64,000 nt of DNA from the NCBI GenBank assembly GCA_944391315.1, contig CALXTD010000002.1, positions 24,573 through 88,572 of the forward strand, in the 5' to 3' direction. The notes beneath the pieces are model-generated. The model was given only the letters and a program-made list of their open reading frames with translations. It did no database searches and was not told the DNA's origin. Position numbers and translations under genes: made by a program. Position 1 is the stretch's first letter, and the number at the start of each line of letters is the position of its first letter. Origin of the DNA: an uncultured Alphaproteobacteria bacterium. Lineage in GTDB: Bacteria > Pseudomonadota > Alphaproteobacteria > RF32 > CAG-239. Of this stretch, positions 8,117-16,957 are shown one piece after another.

Positions 8117-8506
8117 ATGAAAAAATATTTTTTGGCTCTGGCTTGTTTGGCGGCAGGGCTTTCTGCGGCTTCTGCTCAGGCAAAAAAGCATTATGGCGGT
8201 TTTGTCGGGCCGGAAACGCAATATTCGCCTACGACGGTTGCCAAAGTTAAAAATTTGTCGGATGATGCTCGCGTTATGCTGCAGGGAAATATTATCAGCA
8301 GCATGGGTGATGAAGACTATATGTTTAAAGATTCTACCGGAACAATAAAAGTCGAAATTGATAAAAAGAAATGGGACGGTATGACCGTTACGCCGCAAGA
8401 TATGGTTGATATCAGAGGAAAGGTCGATAAACATTGGTTCGGCGAGCCCGAAATTGATGTTAAAAGCATTTCTTTAGTTTCTCAGCCTATGTCTGCGACA
8501 AAATAG
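8117..8506 (+). CDS. YgiW/YdeI-type periplasmic OB-fold (BOF) stress protein
   Basis: It has a signal peptide (MKKYFLALACLAAGLSAASA) and the characteristic V.L.G.I......D.Y.F.D.TG.I.VEID...W pattern. The size is 129 aa. Confidence 0.8.
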   Translation: MKKYFLALACLAAGLSAASAQAKKHYGGFVGPETQYSPTTVAKVKNLSDDARVMLQGNIISSMGDEDYMFKDSTGTIKVEIDKKKWDGMTVTPQDMVDIRGKVDKHWFGEPEIDVKSISLVSQPMSATK

Positions 8507-8599
8507 TTCCTTTCATCCTTGCTTCACAAATCCCGCCGATTGCCTTCGACGGGATATTATTTTTGAAAGAGCAACGCTTTTTTGTCGGAAAGAGAGGCT

Positions 8600-9199
8600 T
8601 TAATCGGCCGTTTTGAAGCGCGAATCGAGGCTGACAAATGTTTTTTCATCGGCCGGTGATACAATTCGACCAAAGGGCATTTGGGCGTTGAGTTTCCAGC
8701 TTAAGGGAAGCTTGAATTCATCATAGATAAATTTTTCGACCAAAGGTGAATAGTGTTGCAAGCTGGCGCCAATCTTGTTGTCGGCAAACAAGCACCACAG
8801 CGCAAACTGGAGCATGCCGCTTGATTGAAGTGACCAGTCGGCGAATCGCTCTTTATAGGCCGGATATTGTTTTTCAAGCCCGTGGACAACGTCTTCGTCT
8901 TCAAAAAACAGAACCGTGCCGAATCCGGCGGCAAAGGAATTTATTTTGGCTTTTAGTTCAGCATGTTTGGCTGCCGGTGCGACTTTGGTTAGTTCTGCGT
9001 AAGTCAGATTCCAGAATTTTTGATTGCTATCGTTAAACAAAGCAAGGATTCGTCCGGACTGTGAATTAAAAGCTGTGGGGCAATATTTCAATGCTTGTTT
9101 GATTAAATCCTTAACTTCTTCCTCAGATTGAGAGATTTTGTTGTCGATTGCGTATATTGAACGTCTTTGTTCCATGAGGTTGTAAAAGCTTTTATCCAT
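8600..9199 (-). CDS. nitroreductase family protein
   Basis: The N-terminal segment QRRSIYAIDNKIS..KYCPTAFNSQSGRI is typical of a nitroreductase family subgroup. The size is 199 aa. Confidence 0.7.
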   Translation of the reverse strand: MDKSFYNLMEQRRSIYAIDNKISQSEEEVKDLIKQALKYCPTAFNSQSGRILALFNDSNQKFWNLTYAELTKVAPAAKHAELKAKINSFAAGFGTVLFFEDEDVVHGLEKQYPAYKERFADWSLQSSGMLQFALWCLFADNKIGASLQHYSPLVEKFIYDEFKLPLSWKLNAQMPFGRIVSPADEKTFVSLDSRFKTAD

Positions 9200-9531
9200 C
9201 GTTATAAATCCTTTCTTTTTAAGTCATTATCTATTATATATTCTCTTTTTTTTAATTTTTGAATAAAAGCATGAAAAAATTTTGTTTAGTATTTTCAATA
9301 ATTTATCGCGTCATCCTACAAAATTTTTGGTTTTTTTTGATTTTTTTACACATTGATTCTTCAATATTTACGGAGGGTTTGAGCGTTTTAATTTGTCGGG
9401 ACATTTTTGGAGAAGACAAAAATGCTTTTTTTTGTTATATCTTGTTATATGCTGGACGAAGTTGTGTTCGGCAGTCTTGTGGTAAATACCTTGCGGTGAT
9501 TTGTATTCCATATAATATTCATTACTGTTCC

Positions 9532-9564
9532 GGAGAGAAGTTTTTGCTTCTCTCCTTTTTCTTT
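9532..9564 (+). terminator. intrinsic terminator immediately upstream of terS
   Basis: GGAGAGAAG(9532-9540) TTTTTG CTTCTCTCC(9547-9555) followed by TTTTTCTTT. terS ATG is at 9581. Confidence 0.6.
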
Positions 9565-9580
9565 GAGGTTTGTTGGTGTT

Positions 9581-9958
9581 ATGTCTGATTTAACTTTTCG
9601 ACAATTACGATTTGTGGAGGAATTTATCAAGTGTGGTGTCGGTGCTCAAGCGGCTCGGCTTGCCGGTTATTCCTGTCCGCAAAAAGCTGCCGCCCGCCTT
9701 AAGAAAAATCCTAAGATAAAATTAAAGCTCGATAGTCTGCGACAAAAAGCCATGCAGCGGGCTCAACTCTCGTTGGAAAAGCTGCTGGAAGAACTGGAAG
9801 AGGCGCGGCAGGTGGCCATTGATAAAGAAATGGCTGCCGCGGCTGTCTCTGCTTCAATGGGGAAGGCCAAGCTTCTCGGTTTGGATAAGCCCCAAAAAGA
9901 ACATGAGGAAGAAAAAGAAAGTGATATTCCTCAGGTGTTGGTTAAATTTGTTGAATAA
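9581..9958 (+). CDS. terminase small subunit
   Basis: LTFRQLRFVEEFIKCGVGAQAARLAGYS..AAARLKKNPKI resembles the Terminase_2-type small subunit HTH. It lies directly upstream of terL. Confidence 0.8.
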   Translation: MSDLTFRQLRFVEEFIKCGVGAQAARLAGYSCPQKAAARLKKNPKIKLKLDSLRQKAMQRAQLSLEKLLEELEEARQVAIDKEMAAAAVSASMGKAKLLGLDKPQKEHEEEKESDIPQVLVKFVE

Positions 9959-9970
9959 AGCGGAGGTCTT

Positions 9971-11293
9971 GTGAAACAGGTTGAAGTTCAAATTCCTAAA
10001 ATTTTTGCGCCGCTTTTGACATCTGATTATCGTAACAAATTTTTTTATGGCGGGCGTGCCGGCGGAAAGTCTTATGCCTTTGCCGATAGTCTTCTTCTTT
10101 TGGGGCGGCAAAAAAGGCTGTTTATTGCTTGTCTGCGTGAGATTCAAAACAGCATGAAAGATTCGGTCTATAAGCTTTTATGTGACCGAATCTCTTTTTA
10201 TGGGCTTGATGATTATGAGATTTTGGATTCTAAAATCGAAAACAAAATAACCGGTTCGCGCTTTGTTTTTAAAGGTTTGCGGAATCAGGACAGTCAAAAA
10301 ATAAAATCACTTGAAGGCGTTGATATCGCTTGGATTGAAGAGGCTCAGGCCATTACCCGCAAAAGCTGGGAAATCTTGGAGCCGACTATTCGTAAAGATG
10401 GGTCGCAAATTTGGATTTCCATGAACAGAGAAGAGGAAAACGACCCTTTGTGGGTTTTGGTGGCGGCGAATCCTGATGCACGCACTTTGGTGGTGAAGGT
10501 TAATTATTACGATAATCCGTTTTGTCCTGAAGAAATAAGGCTGCAAGCCGAAAAATGCAAACAGTCTTCTCCCGAAGATTATGAGCATATTTGGCTCGGT
10601 GAGCCAAGGCGGCAGGGAAATACCAAGCTGATTTCGGCCACAGATGTGTGTCACGCTTTTCAACAACAGCTGCCGATGCCGTCTTCGCCTTTGATTATCG
10701 GGGTTGATGTAGCGCGCTTTGGTGATGACAAAACCGTGTTTTGTTTTCGGCGGGGGCGAAGTTGTTTTCGAATAGAAAGTTTTTCGGGGCTTGATGTGGT
10801 GGAAGTGGCTAATCAGGCCACTTTTTTTATCAGAGAAAATCAGCCCAAGCGGATGTTTGTGGATATTGGCGGCGTGGGAGCCGGTGTTTATGACATTCTT
10901 AAAGACAGAGGCTTAGGCGAGGTGGTGAAAGCCGTTAATTTTGGCGAACGCGCCTTGCTTTCCGAGCGTTATGCCAACCGGCGTGCCGAGATGTGGGACA
11001 ATCTGCATGATTGGCTTATCTCCGAGCCGCAGGTGGCTTTGTTTTATGATGAGGATTTGCTGACCGATCTTTGTTGCGTCAACAAAAAATATGACCGCCG
11101 CGGGCGCTTGCTGCTTGAAGAAAAAGATGAAATCAAAAAGAGGCTCGGGCGTTCGCCGGACAAGGCTGATGCGCTTGCTTTGACTTTTGCCGAGCGGTTT
11201 TTTGATAATCTGGCGCCGCAAATGTATCGCCCCAAGCAGCTCTTATGGGAAGATGTGTTTAACTCGTATAATCAAGGAGATGACAAATGGTAG
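9971..11293 (+). CDS. terminase large subunit (PBSX/Terminase_3-like)
   Basis: Walker A in FYGGRAGGKSYAFAD, 440 aa, GTG start. The position is canonical. Confidence 0.88.
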   Translation: MKQVEVQIPKIFAPLLTSDYRNKFFYGGRAGGKSYAFADSLLLLGRQKRLFIACLREIQNSMKDSVYKLLCDRISFYGLDDYEILDSKIENKITGSRFVFKGLRNQDSQKIKSLEGVDIAWIEEAQAITRKSWEILEPTIRKDGSQIWISMNREEENDPLWVLVAANPDARTLVVKVNYYDNPFCPEEIRLQAEKCKQSSPEDYEHIWLGEPRRQGNTKLISATDVCHAFQQQLPMPSSPLIIGVDVARFGDDKTVFCFRRGRSCFRIESFSGLDVVEVANQATFFIRENQPKRMFVDIGGVGAGVYDILKDRGLGEVVKAVNFGERALLSERYANRRAEMWDNLHDWLISEPQVALFYDEDLLTDLCCVNKKYDRRGRLLLEEKDEIKKRLGRSPDKADALALTFAERFFDNLAPQMYRPKQLLWEDVFNSYNQGDDKW

Positions 11294-11556
11294 AAGCTTG
11301 TCCGAACTTTGTGCCGGTGACCGATCGTTTGGTCTTAAAACTTGAACCAAAAAATTCGGAAACCGCCGGCGGACTTATCCTTGCCGATGATACTTATGCC
11401 GTGCGCAATGTGGCAACGGTTTTGGCAATCGGTCCCGAGGTTAAAGCCGATGTGGCCGTTGGGGACAGAGTGATGTTTCACTGTTTTGACGAGCTGCCGG
11501 TTTGGGACGGCGATATTGTTGTGATACGTGATAAAAGCTTGTTGTTTAAATTTTAG
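11287..11556 (+). CDS. GroES/Cpn10-like co-chaperonin encoded in the head module
   Basis: 89 aa. V.DR.VLKLEPKNSETAGGLILADD....R.ATVLAIGP..K....VGDRVMF matches the GroES pattern (mobile loop ..T.GG(I/L).(L/I)...). It overlaps the terL stop. Confidence 0.7.
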   Translation: MVEACPNFVPVTDRLVLKLEPKNSETAGGLILADDTYAVRNVATVLAIGPEVKADVAVGDRVMFHCFDELPVWDGDIVVIRDKSLLFKF

Positions 11557-11567
11557 GAGTTTTCTGA

Positions 11568-13466
11568 ATGTCAAAAAAAGTTTTTGAGTCAAAGCCGGCT
11601 CTTTGGGCAGAAAAAATCAGTGCGGCTGAGGCGGCTTATCAATCTTATTATAACTTAATAGATGAAACGCGCGAGAGCTATAAACTGGCCTCGTCAGGGC
11701 TGAGTTCGTCGCTTAAGGTCGGAAGTGCGTGCAGCATTTTTTGGTCGGGAATCGAGACGCAAAAGCCGTTTCTTTATTTCAAACAGCCAAAGCCCTGTGT
11801 CGATAGGATTAATAAAAATTATTCTCCGGCGGAGGCCTTGGCCTGTCGCCTGATGGAGCGATTATTGGCTTGGGATTTGTCGCGGTTTGATTTTGATTCG
11901 GTGGCAAAATATGCGCGAAATGATTTTTTAATTTCGGGTTGCGGAATTTTGTGGGAAAGCTATAAGCCAGAATTTACAACCGTGCTTGATGAGCAAAATC
12001 ATGAGGTTTTGGTTAAAACCGGTGAAAAAGTCGTGTCTGAATATGTGGATCCGAAAAACTTTTTGGCCGATACCGACCATGTCGGAATATGGGAAGATGT
12101 GACTTGGGTGGCTCGCAAGCATTTTCTCAGCGCCAAGGCTTTGCTTGAGGCTTTTGCTTCTTCTCCGGCGTTGTTGACGGTGCCGGTTGCCGATGATGAT
12201 TGTTATAAAGAATATTGTGTTTATGAAATTTGGGACAAAGAAGACAAGAAGGTTCGTTGGTGGTGCAAGGATTTTCCCGATGCCTTTTTGCGTGAGGTTG
12301 ATGATCCGCTCGGGTTGGAAAACTTTTTCCCTTGTCCGAAACCGGTGTTTGCGACACAATCCAATGATTCAATCATTCCGGTTCCGGATTTTTGTATGAT
12401 TAAAGCCGATTTGGAAGAGTTGTCCGGTGTTATTGATCGAATGAGTTTGACCATGAAGGCGCTCAAAGTGACCGGTGCTTATGACAGCTCTTTTCCTCAT
12501 TTGGCGGATATTTTGAACAAAGATGTTTCTCTCGTGGCGGTGCAAGATTTTGATAAGCTTAAGTCGGCCGGTGGGCTGAAAGGTATTGTCGACTTTATGC
12601 CGGTTGAGCAATATATTTCTGCTTTGCAGGCTTTGGCTTTGCGCCGTGATGATATTATTGAGAATATTTATCGTATTACCGGAATTTCGGACATTATGCG
12701 AGGGACTTCCTCTCAGTCCGAAACAGCAACCGCGGTTAAGCAAAAAACAAATTTCGGAACACTGCGCAACCAAGACCGCCAAAATGATATGCAGCGGTTT
12801 TTGTGTGACTTATATGCGTTAAAAGCCGAAATTATTTGTGAGCAGTTTGCGACTGAACATGTTCTTTCCTTTGTATCTCCTGAAGAAAAAAATGATGCTC
12901 CTCTGGTTCAGGCCGTGATTGCTTTGCTGAAAACCGATAAAATGCGCAACATGGTGCTTTCGATTGAGACCGATGCCGTGTTTGACCAAGAGTCCGAGGC
13001 TTCTCAGATTAGTGCGGCGGTTAAGTCGGTTTCTCAGCTTATTCAAGATGCTTTTCAGATTGTGTCGGTACAGCCGGCTTTGTTGCCGCTTTATCAACTT
13101 ATGGCTGAGGCTTTGACTGCTTCTATGCCGAAATCGCGCTCCTTTGAATCGGTGTTGTCAAAGGTGTTTGATGATGTTGCACGCGATTTGGCTCAACCGG
13201 AGGCGTCTTCTTCCAATTCATCCTCTCCGGTGTCAAAGCCTCAGGCAGCCTCTCCTCAACAGCCGAGTTTTTCCGATCAGCTAAAACTTATGGAGCTGCG
13301 CAATACTTATGAGCTTGAAAAAGAGCAAAATGCTCTTAAAGCCAGAGAACTTGCCCTTAAGGAAAAATCTGAGAATGTGAAGCTTATTTTGGCGGATAAA
13401 GATTTTCGTGCGGAGGCGCTTAAACTGCAAGCCGAAGCGCAAAAATCAGCTCCGTCCAAGGCATGA
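11568..13466 (+). CDS. portal protein (positional and size-based call)
   Basis: 632 aa, immediately after the terminase genes, with an acidic/coiled C-terminal tail. No motif-level confirmation. Confidence 0.6.
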   Translation: MSKKVFESKPALWAEKISAAEAAYQSYYNLIDETRESYKLASSGLSSSLKVGSACSIFWSGIETQKPFLYFKQPKPCVDRINKNYSPAEALACRLMERLLAWDLSRFDFDSVAKYARNDFLISGCGILWESYKPEFTTVLDEQNHEVLVKTGEKVVSEYVDPKNFLADTDHVGIWEDVTWVARKHFLSAKALLEAFASSPALLTVPVADDDCYKEYCVYEIWDKEDKKVRWWCKDFPDAFLREVDDPLGLENFFPCPKPVFATQSNDSIIPVPDFCMIKADLEELSGVIDRMSLTMKALKVTGAYDSSFPHLADILNKDVSLVAVQDFDKLKSAGGLKGIVDFMPVEQYISALQALALRRDDIIENIYRITGISDIMRGTSSQSETATAVKQKTNFGTLRNQDRQNDMQRFLCDLYALKAEIICEQFATEHVLSFVSPEEKNDAPLVQAVIALLKTDKMRNMVLSIETDAVFDQESEASQISAAVKSVSQLIQDAFQIVSVQPALLPLYQLMAEALTASMPKSRSFESVLSKVFDDVARDLAQPEASSSNSSSPVSKPQAASPQQPSFSDQLKLMELRNTYELEKEQNALKARELALKEKSENVKLILADKDFRAEALKLQAEAQKSAPSKA

Positions 13467-13481
13467 GCCTAAGGAGGAAAT

Positions 13482-13712
13482 ATGGCTCATTTTTCAAGAG
13501 AGTGGAGCGAAGATTTGTTATTGCCCGATGGGGCTTATGCGTCTTCGGTTCATGACATTGAACGCTACCTGCGCCGGAATAATTTGGCAATGGCCAGCGA
13601 TTATTCGGACGACTTTCGGAAGTCTGTCCGCTATCAACAAGAAAAAAAGCTGCGAGATGAAAATTTTGCAGCTTTTTTGCAACAGTATAAGAGGTTAATT
13701 TGGAATGAATAA
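13482..13712 (+). CDS. hypothetical phage protein
   Basis: A 76-aa ORF with an AGGAGG RBS, lying between the portal and scaffold genes. Confidence 0.5.
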   Translation: MAHFSREWSEDLLLPDGAYASSVHDIERYLRRNNLAMASDYSDDFRKSVRYQQEKKLRDENFAAFLQQYKRLIWNE

Positions 13713-14580
13713 AACTGAAACACGAAAAATTATTGAACAGGAGCTTGAAAAAGCTACTAGTCCTTCAAACAGCGACATTCAGCCCAACGAAGAAGCTCTG
13801 TTGGTTGTGCCGGCCGAAGAAGAAAAAACTTTTTCGGAGCCGCCGGTCGGCCTTGAGGCTGAGCTTGCTGAGGATTTTGTCCTGCTGCCCTTAAAGTGGC
13901 GCAAGTTTTTGTGCGAAAAAAATGCTGAAACCGAAGACAAAATTTCTGCTTTATCGGCTCAAGTCGAGCGATTGAAGTGGGTTGATGATTTTGTTCAGGC
14001 TCATGCCGAGCGCATTAACAAATATGGGCTTTCTTCTCCTCAGATGTGGTTGGAATATCTGGCTAAGGTTGAGGATTTGCTGGAAGAAAATCCGTCTCAA
14101 GGCGTGCGCTTTTTAGCAGAGGCTTATGGGGTGGCTTTTGCGCCGGCCTCTCAGCCGGTGGCTTCTTTACAGTCAAAAGTGGCTGCGCTTGAAGCTCAGT
14201 ATCAACAGCTGAAATCGCAGGTTGATGCTAAAGAACGTCAGATGTTTCGATCTTTGTTTGATCGCTTTATGGGTGAGAAAAACGAAGACGGTTCTCCCAA
14301 GCATAAATATTTTTATAAAGTGCGGCCGATTATGGCGGCGCTCCTGAGTCATAATCTCGCCGGAAATTATGAAGACGCTTATGCTCAGGCTTTGTGGCTT
14401 AGTCCCGAGGTTCGCCAAGAATTAATCGAGGCTCAGCTCAGTGATGCTCTCAAGAAAAAAGCCGCTGATGCTCAAAAGGCTCAGCAGGCCGCTTTTGAGG
14501 CAAAAGGTAGGGCGCTTCGTCCGGCTGAAGACCAGCTGACGACACGCCAAATCTTGGAACGTGTTATTAATGAAAACTAA
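13705..14580 (+). CDS. scaffolding protein (candidate)
   Basis: 291 aa, acidic, rich in A/E/Q/L and helical-looking. It lies directly upstream of the capsid gene. Confidence 0.55.
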   Translation: MNKTETRKIIEQELEKATSPSNSDIQPNEEALLVVPAEEEKTFSEPPVGLEAELAEDFVLLPLKWRKFLCEKNAETEDKISALSAQVERLKWVDDFVQAHAERINKYGLSSPQMWLEYLAKVEDLLEENPSQGVRFLAEAYGVAFAPASQPVASLQSKVAALEAQYQQLKSQVDAKERQMFRSLFDRFMGEKNEDGSPKHKYFYKVRPIMAALLSHNLAGNYEDAYAQALWLSPEVRQELIEAQLSDALKKKAADAQKAQQAAFEAKGRALRPAEDQLTTRQILERVINEN

Positions 14581-14598
14581 ACTTTCGTAAAGGATTTT

Positions 14599-15567
14599 AT
14601 GATGGCTAACTCTAATTATAATGACGCACTTACAACTTCTCTTGCTCATCGCAGTAAGCAACTTGCTGATAATGTCAGCAAAAATAATGCTTTGCTTAAA
14701 CGTTTGCAGGAAAAAGGAAATATTCGCGAAATCTCCGGCGGTTCTTCTATTTTGGAAGAGCTGGAATATGGCGAAGGCGATATGATTTGGTATAGTGGTT
14801 ATGATACCATTTCTTATACCAACAAGCAGCTCTTTACCGCAGCTGAATATGCTTTGAAACTTTGTGCCGTTCCGGTTGCTATTTCCGGTGAAGACTTGCT
14901 TAAAAACTCCGGCAAAGAAAAAATTGTCGATCTCTTTGAAAAAAGAGTTGAAAATGCCATGAAAACCATGAGCAACCAGATGTCTAAGGCAATTTACAGC
15001 GATGGTACAGGGTCTTCCGGTAAAGAAATCGGCGGATTGCGCTTCTTGGTAGCGGATTCTCCGGCTACCGGTACGGTCGGCGGTATTGATCGTGCGACTT
15101 CCGGCAATGAATTTTGGCGCAATAAAGCCACAACCGCCGAAGAAGCTTTGACTTCTGAAACCATCGGCAAAGCAATGCACAGTATGTATCATTCTTTGTG
15201 TCGTGGTACCGATAAGCCGGATTTAATCGTGACCGGTGATGATATGTATTCGCTTTATGAAGATTCTTTAACCCCGTTACAGCGTTATACCGATCCTAAA
15301 GCGGCTGACTGCGGTTTTGCTACATTGCGCTTCAAAGGTGCTGATGTGGTTTGTGATGGCGGACAAGGCGGCTTTTGTCCTGAAAAGCACATGTATTTTC
15401 TTAATACCGATTATCTCTATCTGCGTTCTCACAAAGACCGCAATATGAAAGTTATCGGTGGTGACAGAATGTCGGTCAACCAAGATGCTTTATACAAAAT
15501 CGTGGGTTGGGCCGGTAATCTGACCATGTCTAATGCTTCTTTACAGGGTGTTTTGATTAACGCATAG
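14599..15567 (+). CDS. major capsid protein (candidate)
   Basis: 322 aa, follows the scaffold gene, and is itself followed by a strong terminator, a typical high-expression arrangement. The call is positional. Confidence 0.65.
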   Translation: MMANSNYNDALTTSLAHRSKQLADNVSKNNALLKRLQEKGNIREISGGSSILEELEYGEGDMIWYSGYDTISYTNKQLFTAAEYALKLCAVPVAISGEDLLKNSGKEKIVDLFEKRVENAMKTMSNQMSKAIYSDGTGSSGKEIGGLRFLVADSPATGTVGGIDRATSGNEFWRNKATTAEEALTSETIGKAMHSMYHSLCRGTDKPDLIVTGDDMYSLYEDSLTPLQRYTDPKAADCGFATLRFKGADVVCDGGQGGFCPEKHMYFLNTDYLYLRSHKDRNMKVIGGDRMSVNQDALYKIVGWAGNLTMSNASLQGVLINA

Positions 15568-15576
15568 CGGCGTGGG

Positions 15577-15606
15577 GGCGGAGCGCTTTAATGCTCCGCC
15601 TTTTTT
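15577..15606 (+). terminator. terminator after the capsid gene
   Basis: GGCGGAGC(15577-15584)/GCTCCGCC(15593-15600) followed by TTTTTT. Confidence 0.75.
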
Positions 15607-15652
15607 GATGCCTTAGGAGTTCTTTTTATTTAATTTTTCGGGAGTTATTTCT

Positions 15653-16210
15653 ATGGATATGGATTTTGATATGTTTCAGCAGTTGTTGGACAGTGCTAAA
15701 AATAAGTCTGATAATACGGTGGCCGCGCGTTTTTATGATCGTTTGATAAAATCGGACAAGCTTGATGAAAACGGTTTGCCCGTGTTTGATACGGTTTGTT
15801 TTGTGGAAATCAGAATGCGCGATTGTCACGATGTGTTTGACCAGCCTGCCGATGCTGATAAAATTCAACGCTTTCCGACCGAATATAACCGCTATTTGCT
15901 GGCGAAAAAGCAAGTCGAAAAAGGAGCTCCTTTGGATCAATTTGCTTTTCTGACGGCCGCAGAAATCGAAACGCTTAAATTTCGTGGTATTTTTACGGTT
16001 GAGGCTTTGGCTGAGCTTGACGAGGAAAAAGCGCGGCTTATCGGTGTTTTATCCGAGCATAAGGCTGCAAAACTTTTTTTGCAGCAGGCAAAAGGGCACA
16101 AAGCTTTAATCGAAGCACAAAAACGCGAAGAGCGTTATCTGGCGGAAATTGATTTTCTTAAAAGCCAAATTGAAAAATTGCGCCGTTTGAATAATCGCGC
16201 AAAAAAATAA
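15653..16210 (+). CDS. hypothetical phage structural-module protein
   Basis: A 185-aa ORF with a coiled-coil C-terminus. Confidence 0.5.
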   Translation: MDMDFDMFQQLLDSAKNKSDNTVAARFYDRLIKSDKLDENGLPVFDTVCFVEIRMRDCHDVFDQPADADKIQRFPTEYNRYLLAKKQVEKGAPLDQFAFLTAAEIETLKFRGIFTVEALAELDEEKARLIGVLSEHKAAKLFLQQAKGHKALIEAQKREERYLAEIDFLKSQIEKLRRLNNRAKK

Positions 16211-16234
16211 CTTTTTTATTTTTTCGGAGGTGTT

Positions 16235-16957
16235 ATGGCGACTATTTTGCAGATTTGTCAGGAAGCGGCCAGTTTGTTGGCGACGCAAGCGCCGCAGGGG
16301 CTTTTTGATTCAAACTCTCAGCAAGAGGCTATTTTTTTGAGTATTGCAAAGTCTACGCTGAACAGTCTTCAGCGTTATGGCAACTGGCAAGAGCTGACCA
16401 AAGAAGGTGAGCTTAGAACACAGCCGTCCAGACTGGTTTATTATATTCAGGACTTTTGCCCTGATTTCTATTGTTTGCTGAACAATACGGTTTATGTGAA
16501 AGATCATTCGGAAAAAGTTATCGGTGCGCTTTCGCCCGAGCAATATATGCGTGAGCGTTATTTTTCTTTTTCTGATATCGGCATAAAGTTCAAAATTCAG
16601 CAGGGGCGTTTTGTGTTTTTAACTGAGCCGCCCGCTGGTCTTAAAATCGTGTTTAATTATCGTTCGGCAAATGTTTGTTATGATCCGGAGCTTGAGCTTT
16701 ATGGTAATCCGGAAAAAACAGAAATTACCAAAAATACCGATGTGCCGCTTTTTGATCCTTATTTGGTAAAGCTCGGCATTATTTGGCGCTGGTATAAACG
16801 CAACGGTATGCCTTATGAAGAAGAGTTTAACGAGTATCAAACCGAAGTGAAAAAAGCTTTTGCTTCAGGTTTGGCAACCAAGGATATTGCTTTGGCAGAA
16901 AATTGTCCGAAGGTGCTTAATGAGGGGGTGATTGTTTATGCAACGTCGAAAAGTTAA
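16235..16957 (+). CDS. hypothetical phage protein (head-tail adaptor position)
   Basis: A 240-aa ORF preceded by a GGAGG RBS. The call is positional only. Confidence 0.45.
   Translation: MATILQICQEAASLLATQAPQGLFDSNSQQEAIFLSIAKSTLNSLQRYGNWQELTKEGELRTQPSRLVYYIQDFCPDFYCLLNNTVYVKDHSEKVIGALSPEQYMRERYFSFSDIGIKFKIQQGRFVFLTEPPAGLKIVFNYRSANVCYDPELELYGNPEKTEITKNTDVPLFDPYLVKLGIIWRWYKRNGMPYEEEFNEYQTEVKKAFASGLATKDIALAENCPKVLNEGVIVYATSKS

Noticed and set aside
9200-9560. A search for prophage att repeats between the left border region and 24098-24250.
   Set aside because: The only shared string is the low-complexity TTTTTGATTTTT, which is not informative in AT-rich spacers. No tRNA fragment duplication was seen.
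9259-9588. A 109-aa ORF in the AT-rich spacer upstream of terS.
   Set aside because: It has a low-complexity F/I/L-rich translation and no RBS. It spans the predicted terminator, so it is probably non-coding.
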